DNA of 64,000 nucleotides from Bacteroidales bacterium UBA4814 (lineage in GTDB: Bacteria; Bacteroidota; Bacteroidia; Bacteroidales; UBA7960). Position numbers and translations under genes: made by a program. Where the stretch lies: NCBI GenBank assembly GCA_002402465.1, contig DHFW01000009.1, positions 14,553 to 78,552 on the forward strand. Reading direction: 5' to 3'. The notes under the pieces are model-generated. The model did not search any database and had not been told where the DNA came from. It was given only the letters and a program-made list of their open reading frames with translations. Positions 8,206 through 17,621 of the stretch are shown piece after piece; the stretch's first letter is position 1, and each line of letters opens with the position of its first letter.

Positions 8206-9972
8206 ATGAAACTTTGGCCATTTATCATTACTCTTCTTGCACTTTTTCCATTTATTGGGGTCGGGGCATCAAACCAATGGAACAAGCATTCTTCGAGAGA
8301 AGTCAGACGCACTGTTTTGGATAGGAAAGAAACCTTTAGGCCTGGGATTATTAAAGAAGACCTGCTGGTTTTAGATTCCATATTCGTAAACAATGTGCTC
8401 TCTGAAGTGCTTACCTCGCGCATAAAAAAAGAAAGATTTGTGGTGGTTGATTCGGTTGCCGTTGGCCAAAGAATGCTTTTCAACACCCAAGGCGAACTTT
8501 TTCTTACGGAGCACTTCCGGAACGGTAAACTTGAGCGGGTTGACTGCCTTTACCCCCGTCAACAAAACCTGATACCCAACGGAAGTTTTGAGGAAGTTGG
8601 AGAAATAATGGAACATGTTAATTATACCGATTCTCGCCTTATGTCTTCCTGGGCAAGCGACTTTGAGCACGAAAGGACTGTTGAGTTGAACGAACTTAGG
8701 TTAGAGGGTAAAGATACTGTGAGGCTCGACAAAGTTACCGACACTTTTTATAACGAAGTGTCTGATTGCCATGCGACTGTGATTACTGAAAGTTTTTTTG
8801 TTTACAGGAATGGCATATTAGAAGATTCCATTTTCAGCAAGGTAATATTTAACCGTTGGTCAGGGGAACCTTGTATTATTCCCCAACATAATTGCAATTA
8901 TTATGAGCAAGGATTGGATCTTGCCAATTGGAAAAGTTTAGGTAAGGTCTCACCCAAAATCCTCAACGGGCCTGCCAAAAAACCACATCACCCTCTGGAA
9001 GGTTTTATAAGCGAACGCCGTAATTTCGATACCATTTGTGGCAACCATTTTGCCCAGGTAAGGGCTCTTGGATGGGAAAATACACCTTGCATAGTGCGAA
9101 CAGCCCATCCCGTGCTACTAAACCAGCTTAACACCACCCTGCAAAAAGGCAGGCAATATAAACTTAGTTTTTGGATTTGGAAGCCCCAGGTTTTTGCACA
9201 GGAATTTCAATTTGCAGTGGGTTTTTGGCAAAATGAGCCTGATGAAACTAAAGTTTTCCCCGAAAAAAACCTTTTGTTAGTCAGCGATTTTGAAAATGAT
9301 GTTATTGGGGAGTGGTACAAGGTAAATTTGGTGTTTAGAGCCACAGATTTTTTCCGCTTCTTAACTGTTGGATTTCATAGTTACGAACCTAGTCAGCGTC
9401 TTTTGCGTCCTTCTGCATCTTGTTACTTAGACAGTTTTGTGCTTGTGCCCGAGGACATAGCCGACCCGGATGTGGATAAATTATTTTATCAGGATATTAT
9501 TCTGGCAGCGCATCCTGAAGAATTCAATCTGTTAGCAGGTGATGGTGAGGAAATAACTGAATTACCAGTTTCTAAGGCTGGAATAGAGCCGCAATCTGGC
9601 CTTGAGGTTGAAAAGAAGGTTGCAGAAATGCCTGAATTTAGTTTCGGGCCAATTTTGTTCGCAACCAACTCTGCCGATCTTAACTTCGAGGCAATTCAAA
9701 TACTCGATAGGCTGGCCCAATTTCTTAAAGAAAACAGTTATTGGGAACTTCAAATCACCGGCCATACCGACAACGCCGGAACCCCGGAGCACAACCTGGA
9801 TTTATCCACGCAAAGGGCGGGCAATGTTGCGGATTACTTGATTGGGAAAGGCATTGAAGAAGCGCGGCTCAACATTAAAGGACTTGGCAGCACTATGCCT
9901 GTTTATACCAACGAAACCCCGGAAGGGATGCAAAAAAACAGAAGAGTAGAATTGAGATTGTATGCAGAATAA
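8206..9972 (+). CDS. OmpA-domain protein with a large N-terminal region that includes a probable galactose-binding-like/CBM-type jelly roll
   Basis: 588 aa with a signal peptide. The middle region opens with LIPNGSFEEVG and closes with CYLDSFVLVPE, the usual boundaries of CBM4/9-like jelly rolls. The C-terminus is a clear OmpA_C domain (ITGHTDNAGTPEHNLDLSTQRAGNVADYL...NRRVELRL). Confidence 0.7.
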   Translation: MKLWPFIITLLALFPFIGVGASNQWNKHSSREVRRTVLDRKETFRPGIIKEDLLVLDSIFVNNVLSEVLTSRIKKERFVVVDSVAVGQRMLFNTQGELFLTEHFRNGKLERVDCLYPRQQNLIPNGSFEEVGEIMEHVNYTDSRLMSSWASDFEHERTVELNELRLEGKDTVRLDKVTDTFYNEVSDCHATVITESFFVYRNGILEDSIFSKVIFNRWSGEPCIIPQHNCNYYEQGLDLANWKSLGKVSPKILNGPAKKPHHPLEGFISERRNFDTICGNHFAQVRALGWENTPCIVRTAHPVLLNQLNTTLQKGRQYKLSFWIWKPQVFAQEFQFAVGFWQNEPDETKVFPEKNLLLVSDFENDVIGEWYKVNLVFRATDFFRFLTVGFHSYEPSQRLLRPSASCYLDSFVLVPEDIADPDVDKLFYQDIILAAHPEEFNLLAGDGEEITELPVSKAGIEPQSGLEVEKKVAEMPEFSFGPILFATNSADLNFEAIQILDRLAQFLKENSYWELQITGHTDNAGTPEHNLDLSTQRAGNVADYLIGKGIEEARLNIKGLGSTMPVYTNETPEGMQKNRRVELRLYAE

Positions 9973-10007
9973 TCACTAGCCCCTGATCCCTAATTTTTTA
10001 ACCCTTC

Positions 10008-11777
10008 CTACATCGGCCAGAAATACATAATGGCGGGTATGCCAAGGGCCACGATAATGACTTCGAGTGGCAGCCCCATGCGCCAGTAGTCAGTAAATTT
10101 ATATCCGCCCGGGCCCATGACCAGTGTGTTTGACTGGTGTCCAATAGGTGTAAGAAATGCACAGGACCCACCCACGGCCACTGCCATCAGAAACGGGTCG
10201 ATGGATGCACCGATTCCATGGGCCACCCCAATGGCAATGGGCGCCATAAGCACCACCGTAGCGGCATTGTTTATCACGTCAGAGAGAAACATGGTGACCA
10301 CCAGGATAATGGTAAGAATGGCCCAGGCCGGAATGCTCTGCCCCAAATCAAGGATCTTACCAGCGATAAGTTCTGCTCCGCCTGTGGTTTCGAGTGCAGT
10401 TCCAACGGGTATCATAGCACCCAGCAAAACAATCACCGGCCAGTTCACGCTGGTATAAACTTCCTTCAAAGGCAAAACGCCGCTCAAAACCATTACCAGC
10501 GCTGCAATAGAAAAAGCTACCTGAACCGGTAAAAGCCCCGCCGCCACCAGAATTATAGATATTGCAAAAATACCCAGGGCCAGTGGGATCTTGGTTTTAT
10601 ATCCCAGTCGCAAGCCCCGCTGCGCCAGTGGCAGGCAACCAATGGATGTAATAGTTTCGTTAAGCATGTGTTCGCGTCCCTGTAACAGCAAAACGTCGCC
10701 CGTGCGGAAAATGACATGATCGAGGCGACGGCGAATGCGTTGCTCACGCCGGGCTACCGCCAGCAGATTAATGCCATAGCGGCTTCGCATGCGAAGTTCG
10801 GCAGTCGTACGGCCTATCAGGCTCGAATCAGCCATCACAATGGCTTCTGTTATGGCAATCTTGTCCGATCCCTCCGCGTCCTTGCGCAATTTCTGATCGC
10901 CCACCAGCTTCAGCTCGGTGTCTTTCAGAAAAGTTTCCATGTCGTCGGCATCCGACTCAATGATAATAATATCTTCTTCAAGAAGTACTTCCTCGTTTTC
11001 AGGTGCGTGCAGGCGTTTCTTCTGTCTTACAAGGCCCAGGATTTGCACATCGGCATCGGTCTTTTCAAGCAGTTCGGAAATGGTTTTGCCGGCCATTTTA
11101 GAGTCTTTCGGTATTTCAACCTCGGTAATGTAGTCGTCAATGTCAAACAGTTCCTTCTCTGATTTTTTTGCCGCTCTTTTCGGAAGAAAACGCCAGCCAA
11201 TGAGTGTGATAAAAGCTATTCCGGCAACGGTTAGCACCACTCCAACAGGCGAAAAATCGAACATGCCAAAGGGCTCGCCCAATTCGTCGGCCCTGAAAGT
11301 AGCTATGATAATATTGGGAGGTGTCCCGATCAGGGTTGTCATTCCACCCAGCAGCGAAGCGAAGGCAATAGGCATCAGAATATAAGAAGGCGGATTGCCG
11401 CTTTTGCGCGCCATATGAATGGCAATGGGCATCATTATGGCCAGGGCACCCACATTGTTCATAAAAGCCGAAGCAACAGCCACCAGCACCGACAATACCA
11501 CGATTTGCAACAATAAACTGTCGCCAATCTTCATTACCCATTTGCCCAGCAGATCGATGAGGCCGGAAAATTCCAGGGCTTTGCCAATAATAAGCACTGC
11601 CGCCACGGTGATCACTGCCGGATGGCCGAACCCTTTAAAAGCCTGATCAGGATCAACGATGCCGGCAATAATCAGCAAAAAAAGCGAGATGAGTGCCACA
11701 AAATCATGACGAATCTTTCCCCAGGCAAATAGCACCAGCGCCAGCGTCAGCGTTCCGAAAACCATCCATTGATCCAT
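10008..11777 (-). CDS. SLC13/DASS-family anion permease with central TrkA-C (RCK_C) domains
   Basis: 589 aa. Two membrane halves flank a soluble insert with two RCK_C-like segments (ITEVEIPKDSKMAGKTISEL... and ITEAIVMADSSLIGRTTAEL...). Confidence 0.75.
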   Translation of the reverse strand: MDQWMVFGTLTLALVLFAWGKIRHDFVALISLFLLIIAGIVDPDQAFKGFGHPAVITVAAVLIIGKALEFSGLIDLLGKWVMKIGDSLLLQIVVLSVLVAVASAFMNNVGALAIMMPIAIHMARKSGNPPSYILMPIAFASLLGGMTTLIGTPPNIIIATFRADELGEPFGMFDFSPVGVVLTVAGIAFITLIGWRFLPKRAAKKSEKELFDIDDYITEVEIPKDSKMAGKTISELLEKTDADVQILGLVRQKKRLHAPENEEVLLEEDIIIIESDADDMETFLKDTELKLVGDQKLRKDAEGSDKIAITEAIVMADSSLIGRTTAELRMRSRYGINLLAVARREQRIRRRLDHVIFRTGDVLLLQGREHMLNETITSIGCLPLAQRGLRLGYKTKIPLALGIFAISIILVAAGLLPVQVAFSIAALVMVLSGVLPLKEVYTSVNWPVIVLLGAMIPVGTALETTGGAELIAGKILDLGQSIPAWAILTIILVVTMFLSDVINNAATVVLMAPIAIGVAHGIGASIDPFLMAVAVGGSCAFLTPIGHQSNTLVMGPGGYKFTDYWRMGLPLEVIIVALGIPAIMYFWPM

Positions 11778-11893
11778 ATTTTCAATTGATTTTAAAGGTG
11801 TTTCTTGAAAGAATAAAAGTAGGAATTGTTTTTATTGTAGCTGCAAGAACTTACCCTTTTATTGTAACTCCTTTTTAACAAAAATTAATAAAA

Positions 11894-11929
11894 TGTAATT
11901 GTTACAAATTAAAAATAATTGTAACTTTG
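11894..11929 (+). promoter_or_regulatory. Putative fur/perR-dps promoter (-7 box TAACTTTG, 11922-11929) overlapping AT-rich inverted repeats (TGTAATTGTTACA; GTTACAA-N11-TTGTAAC)
   Basis: Read directly. GTTACAA (11901-11907) and TTGTAAC (11919-11925) form a perfect 7-bp inverted repeat. A further ATTGTAAC copy lies at 11861-11868. The hexamer style is Fur/PerR-box-like. Confidence 0.4.
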
Positions 11930-11943
11930 TATAAAATTAAACC

Positions 11944-12369
11944 ATGCACAACATCCAGGAAATAGCAGAAAAGCTGACGCAAAGTGGCCTTAAGGTTACC
12001 CCGCAGCGCATTGCAGTAATGCAGGCTTTGATGAAATTTCATCATCACCCCACTGCAGAAGAAATTTTCCGTGAAGTTTCGCAAAATATTCCAGGCCTTT
12101 CGCAAACCACGGTTTACAATACGCTTGATGTTTTTGTAAAAAAAGGCATTGCCCAGCGCATTGCTACCGATGCCGGCGTTATGCGCTACGATGTGATAGC
12201 CGAGGCACACCACCATCTTTATTGCCTTGGCACAGCAAGGGTGGAAGATTACTTCGATCCGGAGCTGGATAAACTGCTCAGAGATTATTTTGAGAAAAAG
12301 AAGATCAATGGCTTCAGGCCAATTGATATTAAACTTCACCTTACCGGTGAATTTGAAGAACAGAAATAA
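11944..12369 (+). CDS. Fur-family transcriptional regulator, probably PerR-like given the adjacent dps
   Basis: 141 aa. LKVTPQRIAVMQALMKFHHHPTAEEIFREV is the canonical Fur-family DNA-binding helix region. There are no CxxC pairs. Confidence 0.8.
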   Translation: MHNIQEIAEKLTQSGLKVTPQRIAVMQALMKFHHHPTAEEIFREVSQNIPGLSQTTVYNTLDVFVKKGIAQRIATDAGVMRYDVIAEAHHHLYCLGTARVEDYFDPELDKLLRDYFEKKKINGFRPIDIKLHLTGEFEEQK

Positions 12370-12395
12370 AATAAATAACCTTAAATTTTTGCAAA

Positions 12396-12875
12396 ATGAG
12401 TAAAATGAATAAAATCGGACTTGACAAAGAACAAAGTCTGGAATTGATTGAAAAACTGAACGACCTGCTGGCAAACTACCAGGTGTTTTATCAGAACACC
12501 CGCGGCTTTCACTGGAATATCAAAGGCGAAAAATTCTTTGAGCTTCACGTGAAGTTCGAAGAACTCTATACCGACCTACAAGTTAAGATCGACGAAATTG
12601 CCGAACGAATTCTTACCCTGAGCGGAACCCCGCTGCATACTTTTGAAGATTACCTGAAAGTGTCAAAGGTAAAGCCCGTTCATAATGCTACCGAAGCCCG
12701 CGTTTGTATGGAATCTATTGTTGACGCCTTCAGTATTTTGCTGGAAAAGCAGCGCGTAATCCTAGAACTTTCGGCCAAATACGATGATGAGGGTACCAAC
12801 GCCATGGCCAGCGATTATATTCGCGAGCAGGAAAAATTGGTTTGGATGTATACTGCCTGGCTGGGACAGAAATAA
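12396..12875 (+). CDS. dps: Dps (DNA starvation/stationary-phase protection, ferritin-like) protein
   Basis: 159 aa. LNDLLANYQVFYQNTRGFHWNIKGEKFFELHVKFEELY is the typical Dps ferroxidase-site region. Confidence 0.85.
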   Translation: MSKMNKIGLDKEQSLELIEKLNDLLANYQVFYQNTRGFHWNIKGEKFFELHVKFEELYTDLQVKIDEIAERILTLSGTPLHTFEDYLKVSKVKPVHNATEARVCMESIVDAFSILLEKQRVILELSAKYDDEGTNAMASDYIREQEKLVWMYTAWLGQK

Positions 12876-12905
12876 CCTTTGGTTTAAATTTTTAAGAATT
12901 CTCCG

Positions 12906-12937
12906 AACAGGGCTGCAGCTGCGGCCCTGTTTTTTTT
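12906..12937 (+). terminator. Rho-independent terminator after dps
   Basis: aacagggc (12906-12913) pairs with gccctgtt (12924-12931), followed by a T-run. Confidence 0.75.
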
Positions 12938-13267
12938 ATGTCAGAATTTTAAATTATTTGGCTTATGAAATTCAGGGAAATTTTATAGCTTTGCAATGGT
13001 TTTTGTAAATGCTTAATTTAAAACCAATTAGCTTAATGAAGTTGTTCCCCGGATTGTTTCTGATTTTCTTCCAGGCCCTGGCGGGCATCCCCGATTAAGG
13101 CCTTTGCCGCGGGGCCGCTAATTTGGTCATTGAGAAGGATCAGAAGAAAACGTGAACGGGTTTTTCGTTAAGTTTCTTTTTCCGCACTTAAAATGAACCG
13201 GCGCCCCAAAAAGGTTTCCGGTTTTGTTTTCTGAAATCAATCATTTAAATAAAATTTAACAATAGTT

Positions 13268-14212
13268 ATGAAAAAATTATCGGTTATTGCTTTTGGTGGC
13301 AACGCCCTGCTTCGTGGAGACCAGATTGGCACCATCGACGAGCAGGAACAGAATGTATATGAAACTTGCCAGCACCTGGTAGGTTTGATCAAAACCGGAT
13401 ACGATTTGGTAATCGGTCACGGTAACGGTCCGCAGGTGGGTAATGTGCTTTTGCAACACGAAGCCGGCCACCGCATTTATGGCCTGCCCAAACAGCCCAT
13501 CGACTTCTGTGTTGCCGAAACCCAGGGTTCAATAGGTTTTATGATTGAACAGCAGTTGCGCAACGTGCTTGCCGAGCATGGCATTAAGCGCAATATTGTT
13601 ACCCTGGTTACCCAGGTAATGGTCGACAAGAACGATCCGGCCTTTCAGAATCCCACCAAACCCGTGGGCCCGTTTTACACCGCGGAGGAAATGGATGCCC
13701 TGAAAAAAGAACATCCCGAGTGGGTGTTTCACGAAGATCCGCGCAAGCGTGGCTGGAGAAGGGTAGTGGCTTCGCCAAGGCCCATCAGCATTCCCAACTG
13801 GGAAGCAGTGGAGAAACTGGCACGCACCGGAACCATTGTGATTACCGTGGGTGGTGGTGGAATACCTGCCTATACTGATGAAAAAGGTAAAATGATTGGT
13901 ATAGATGCCGTAATCGACAAAGATCTGGCTTCTTCCTTGCTGGCCAATAAAATAAAAGCTGACGAGTTTTGCATCCTGACCGATGTGCCCAATGTGTTCA
14001 TCAATTTCCACAAGCCCGGCGAGCAAAAGCTGGAGCGGGTTTCCATTCCTGAAATCAAAAAGCACCTGGCCGACGGGCAGTTTACTGAGGGCAGCATGGC
14101 TCCCAAAGTAAGGGCTTGCATCGAATTCGTTGAGAATGGCGGCAAGGAAGCCATAATTACCGAAGCCACCCAACTCGAAACCCCCGGCGCAGGAACAGTG
14201 ATATATGGATGA
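13268..14212 (+). CDS. arcC: Carbamate kinase
   Basis: 314 aa. The N-terminus VIAFGGNALLRGDQ...GHGNGPQVGNVLL is diagnostic of carbamate kinases. Confidence 0.9.
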   Translation: MKKLSVIAFGGNALLRGDQIGTIDEQEQNVYETCQHLVGLIKTGYDLVIGHGNGPQVGNVLLQHEAGHRIYGLPKQPIDFCVAETQGSIGFMIEQQLRNVLAEHGIKRNIVTLVTQVMVDKNDPAFQNPTKPVGPFYTAEEMDALKKEHPEWVFHEDPRKRGWRRVVASPRPISIPNWEAVEKLARTGTIVITVGGGGIPAYTDEKGKMIGIDAVIDKDLASSLLANKIKADEFCILTDVPNVFINFHKPGEQKLERVSIPEIKKHLADGQFTEGSMAPKVRACIEFVENGGKEAIITEATQLETPGAGTVIYG

Positions 14213-14356
14213 TTTTTAAGGGATAAAAGGGTAAAGGTTAAAGCCTGCCTGCCGGCAGGCAGGGAAAGTAACTTGAAACCTGAAATCCCAAATCCCAAAC
14301 TCCAAACCTCGAACTCCGAACATATTTTTTCAATTAACCATTAATAATTATTTACC

Positions 14357-15358
14357 ATGGCTTACAATCTTAGAAACAGAAGTTTTTTAAAGCTGCTTGA
14401 TTTCACTCCGAAAGAAATTAAATTTTTGCTCGATTTATCCTTGGATCTCAAAAAGGCCAAGTATGGCGGTTATGAGCAGCAGCGCCTTAAGGGAAAGAAC
14501 ATTGCCCTGATCTTTGAAAAGGACAGCACCCGTACGCGCTGCGCTTTTGAGGTGGCTGCCTTCGACCAGGGTGCCCAGGTAACCTACCTCGGACCCAGCG
14601 GCAGCCAGATCGGCAAAAAGGAATCGATGAAGGACACTGCCCGCGTACTCGGACGAATGTATGATGGCATTGAATACCGCGGCTATGCTCAAAAAACCGT
14701 TGAAGAACTGGCTGAGTATTCAGGTGTTCCGGTTTGGAACGGTCTTACCAACGAGTTCCACCCCACCCAGATTTTGGCTGACTTCCTCACCATGATAGAG
14801 CACAGCGACAAACCCCTGAACCAAATCAAATTCTGCTACCTGGGCGATGCCCGCAACAATATGGGCAACTCACTGCTGGTTGGCGCCGCAAAAATGGGCA
14901 TGGACTTCCGCGCTGCAGCGCCCAAGTCGGTTCAGCCCAGCGAAGAGCTGGTGGCCCAGTGCCGCGAAATTGCCAAGGAAACCGGCGCAAAGATCACCAT
15001 TACCGACAATGTGGCCGAAGCAGTAAAAGACTGCGATTTCCTCTATACCGACGTATGGGTGTCGATGGGCGAGCCCGCTGAGGTTTGGGTAGAGCGCATC
15101 AACCTTTTGAAGCCTTACCAGGTGAATATGGATGTGATCAAAAAAACCGGCAACCCCAAGGTGAAATTCCTGCACTGCCTGCCTGCATTCCACAACCGCG
15201 AAACCACCATTGGAGAGGATATCTTCCAGAAGTTTGGTTTGGATGGCATGGAAGTGGTTGAAGAAGTTTTCGAATCAGAACACTCCATTGTATTCGATCA
15301 GGCCGAAAATCGCCTGCATACCATTAAAGCCGTTATGGTTGCTACTTTGGGTAGTTAA
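14357..15358 (+). CDS. argF: Ornithine carbamoyltransferase, classical ArgI/ArcB type
   Basis: 333 aa. It has [21 protein letters not shown] and HCLPAFH motifs. It is nearly colinear with E. coli ArgI as I recall it (FLKLLDFTP...[13 protein letters not shown]...[20 protein letters not shown]). Confidence 0.9.
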   Translation: MAYNLRNRSFLKLLDFTPKEIKFLLDLSLDLKKAKYGGYEQQRLKGKNIALIFEKDSTRTRCAFEVAAFDQGAQVTYLGPSGSQIGKKESMKDTARVLGRMYDGIEYRGYAQKTVEELAEYSGVPVWNGLTNEFHPTQILADFLTMIEHSDKPLNQIKFCYLGDARNNMGNSLLVGAAKMGMDFRAAAPKSVQPSEELVAQCREIAKETGAKITITDNVAEAVKDCDFLYTDVWVSMGEPAEVWVERINLLKPYQVNMDVIKKTGNPKVKFLHCLPAFHNRETTIGEDIFQKFGLDGMEVVEEVFESEHSIVFDQAENRLHTIKAVMVATLGS

Positions 15359-15375
15359 TCAGGTTTTAAAAATTA

Positions 15376-15416
15376 AAAAAGAGCCGTTGCAAATGCTGCA
15401 ATGGCTCTTTTTTTTA
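15376..15416. terminator. Hairpin terminator between convergent argF and blaR1-like genes
   Basis: aaaaagagccgttgca...tgcaatggctcttttttt forms a long, nearly perfect stem flanked by an A-run and a T-run, so it is potentially bidirectional. Confidence 0.75.
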
Positions 15417-15426
15417 AGAAATTCAT

Positions 15427-17190
15427 CTATTCGCTTTTAGTAAAATCCGGGAAGGCTTTTTCAATAGAATCCAGCACTTCGCGCACAATCTCATCAATCT
15501 TTATTTCTTTCAATGATTCTTGGATGGTAGGGCCAATTTTTTCCAGGTGGAGGTTTAGTTCCTGCATGGTCTTATTCAACTCAATGTTAAATTCTTCCCA
15601 GTCAATTTCTTTTAAGATTTCCCGGGTATTCTGTAAACCCATTCCTTCTTCCTGCATTTGTTTTTGAACTTCCTCCATGGCTTTGCGTAGTTCTTCTTGG
15701 GCTTTTTGCATTTCAAGCCTGAATTCATCCGAGTTGAAATAGTTACTGGTCTCGCGCCTGGCTTCTTCCATGGCACGGCGTACCTCTTCCTGGCTGCGAA
15801 TCATCTCTTTACGGACTTCGCTTATGTGTTGGCGGAACTCTTCCGAATTGAATTTTTCGCTTATTTCCAGGTTCACTTCCTGCATAGCTAAGCGCACTTC
15901 TTCCATGGCTTCACGGAGTTTTGCACGGTCTTCTTCCGAAAGTTCCTCCCAGGCAATGGTCCTTCCGTCATGTGTAAGGACTTTACGCGGCTGCCGTTGC
16001 GATTGCGACTGCTCCCGGACAGGCGTTTGCTCCTGGCTTATTGCAGGCGGTGTGTCGGGTGCTTTTTCCGAAGGGGCCAAACCTCCAATGTTTTGGTAAT
16101 AGTGCACCACTGAAGCATCGAGGTGGTAATCTGGTCCGGGGTGTCCGTAATTGATGGTCATGGCCGGGTTGATCCAGGCCATCGAGGCAGCGGCCGTCAG
16201 GATAACCAACAGGGCGGCAAGCTTTTGTCCGGGATTGAATGATCTTGTTTTCATGGTCATAATGTTTTTGATTCTTGTTAATAAAAGGGATTTTGATTGG
16301 GTTGCAGCAACCACTGGTTGCAAAGTGGTGCTGCGATTTCCTTCAAGGGTCAATAATGCATTGGCGTAAATCAGTGGTTTTGCTGTATTGCTGACTACCC
16401 ACTCGTCCACGCACTTTTCGCGTTCTTCGCGAATCCGGCGGCTGATCCACCAGGTGGCGGGATGGAAAAAGAATATTATCTCCAAAACATTCTGGAGCAT
16501 ATTTAAGTAATGGTCGTTTCGGCGCAAATGATATAACTCGTGCATCAGAATGGCCTCCACCTGTTCTGTGCTTAGAGAACCAAGCATTGCAAGCGGTAGC
16601 AAAATCACTGGCTTGAACAGTCCAACAACAGCCGGCACGGTGATTTTGGAACTTTGCAAGATCCTGACTTTTCTTGTTAAGCCAATGCGATTTTTTAAAT
16701 CCATGGCTTTTCTTTGCCAGTTTTCTGGCAGAGGATGCGTATTTCGATGTTTTAGAGCGTAAAGTTTGGAATAACTTGTTAAACTGTGCAGTGAAAGGAA
16801 CAACAAGCCGGCAAGATAAAACCAGGAAAGGTAGGGGGTAAAGGATTCGAGTCCAGACAAAAAGGCCGGATAATTCTTCTGGATCAGGAAAAAGTTGCTG
16901 CCTCCCTGGGCCGAAGCTAAATAGAGGCCGTCGTCAAATTCGAGAGAAACGATACGGGCCGCTTCTTTATATATAGCATACTGCCTGAAAAAAGTATAGA
17001 CACTTACTGCAGGGATAGAAATCAGGGCAAGTAAGGACAAACTGTAACGTATGCTGGCCGAAACCTTTCGGGCAAAATACAGTGCAGAACGCCAAATCAG
17101 GGCAATGATTAAAATCTGCCAAATGGCATGGAGCAGGGTCCAGCCAAGGGCGCTCACCAGGGGATGCGACAGATTTTCAACTAAACTCAT
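15427..17190 (-). CDS. BlaR1/MecR1-family M56 peptidase signal transducer with a repetitive coiled-coil C-terminal domain
   Basis: 587 aa with N-terminal TM helices and the HELYHLRRNDH zinc-metalloprotease motif. The C-terminal ~190 aa is E/K/R-rich and repeats the unit FNS(E/D)EFR...(R/K)AMEE(A/V). Confidence 0.8.
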   Translation of the reverse strand: MSLVENLSHPLVSALGWTLLHAIWQILIIALIWRSALYFARKVSASIRYSLSLLALISIPAVSVYTFFRQYAIYKEAARIVSLEFDDGLYLASAQGGSNFFLIQKNYPAFLSGLESFTPYLSWFYLAGLLFLSLHSLTSYSKLYALKHRNTHPLPENWQRKAMDLKNRIGLTRKVRILQSSKITVPAVVGLFKPVILLPLAMLGSLSTEQVEAILMHELYHLRRNDHYLNMLQNVLEIIFFFHPATWWISRRIREEREKCVDEWVVSNTAKPLIYANALLTLEGNRSTTLQPVVAATQSKSLLLTRIKNIMTMKTRSFNPGQKLAALLVILTAAASMAWINPAMTINYGHPGPDYHLDASVVHYYQNIGGLAPSEKAPDTPPAISQEQTPVREQSQSQRQPRKVLTHDGRTIAWEELSEEDRAKLREAMEEVRLAMQEVNLEISEKFNSEEFRQHISEVRKEMIRSQEEVRRAMEEARRETSNYFNSDEFRLEMQKAQEELRKAMEEVQKQMQEEGMGLQNTREILKEIDWEEFNIELNKTMQELNLHLEKIGPTIQESLKEIKIDEIVREVLDSIEKAFPDFTKSE

Positions 17191-17576
17191 GACTCACCGT
17201 TTTCGAATTGTTTTAAATATTCCTGTATCTCACGCAACTCTTCTGGCGTAAGGTTTTCTCCATCAAGGGCGCCGATTACCAAGCGGCTGGTGGAACCTTT
17301 AAAAAGGCCATCAATCATTTTATATAAAAACTGCTTCTGTGTTTTTTCGCGGGACACCAAGGAGGTGTACACATGGGTGCGGGTGCTGGTGTTGCGCCCG
17401 AGCAGACCTTTTTCGGTCATTATTTGCATGGTTTTAAGGGTAGTGGTGTAGCCAATGTCACGGGTTTTCTCGAGCACCTCATGTACTTCGCGTACCGTAG
17501 CCTCGCCTTTTTCCCATAATACCTGCAGAATCGCCAGTTCGCTTTCGGTAGGGTGATATTTTTTTTCTGAATTCAT
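17187..17576 (-). CDS. BlaI/MecI/CopY-family transcriptional repressor
   Basis: ELAILQVLWEKGEATVREVHEVL...IGYTTTLKTMQIMTEKGLL is the family winged helix. The stop overlaps the blaR1 start (ATGA). I place the start at the ATG at 17576, because the track's upstream TTG extension covers the palindromic operator. Confidence 0.85.
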   Translation of the reverse strand: MNSEKKYHPTESELAILQVLWEKGEATVREVHEVLEKTRDIGYTTTLKTMQIMTEKGLLGRNTSTRTHVYTSLVSREKTQKQFLYKMIDGLFKGSTSRLVIGALDGENLTPEELREIQEYLKQFENGES

Positions 17577-17586
17577 AATACGATTA

Positions 17587-17621
17587 TTTTCGTAGCCAAA
17601 TTTAGTACGAAAATTTTCGTA
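17587..17621 (-). promoter_or_regulatory. Candidate BlaI operator: perfect 16-bp palindrome TACGAAAATTTTCGTA (17606-17621) plus an extra half-site TTTTCGTA (17587-17594)
   Basis: Read directly; the 16-mer equals its own reverse complement. It lies 11-45 nt upstream of the blaI ATG. The TAC...GTA outer arms recall BlaI/MecI/CopY boxes (TACAnnTGTA). Confidence 0.55.

Noticed and set aside
11902-12474. 190-aa minus-strand ORF overlapping the fur-family gene and the dps start
   Set aside because: It is antisense to two well-supported genes and runs through their promoter. It has a hydrophobic, low-information composition with no motifs.
13036-13098. 20-codon mini-ORF (MKLFPGLFLIFFQALAGIPD) in the arcC leader, as a possible leader peptide
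   Set aside because: It has no Arg or other regulatory codon run, no obvious coupling to the downstream hairpin, and no conservation evidence available. I mention it only as part of the leader description.
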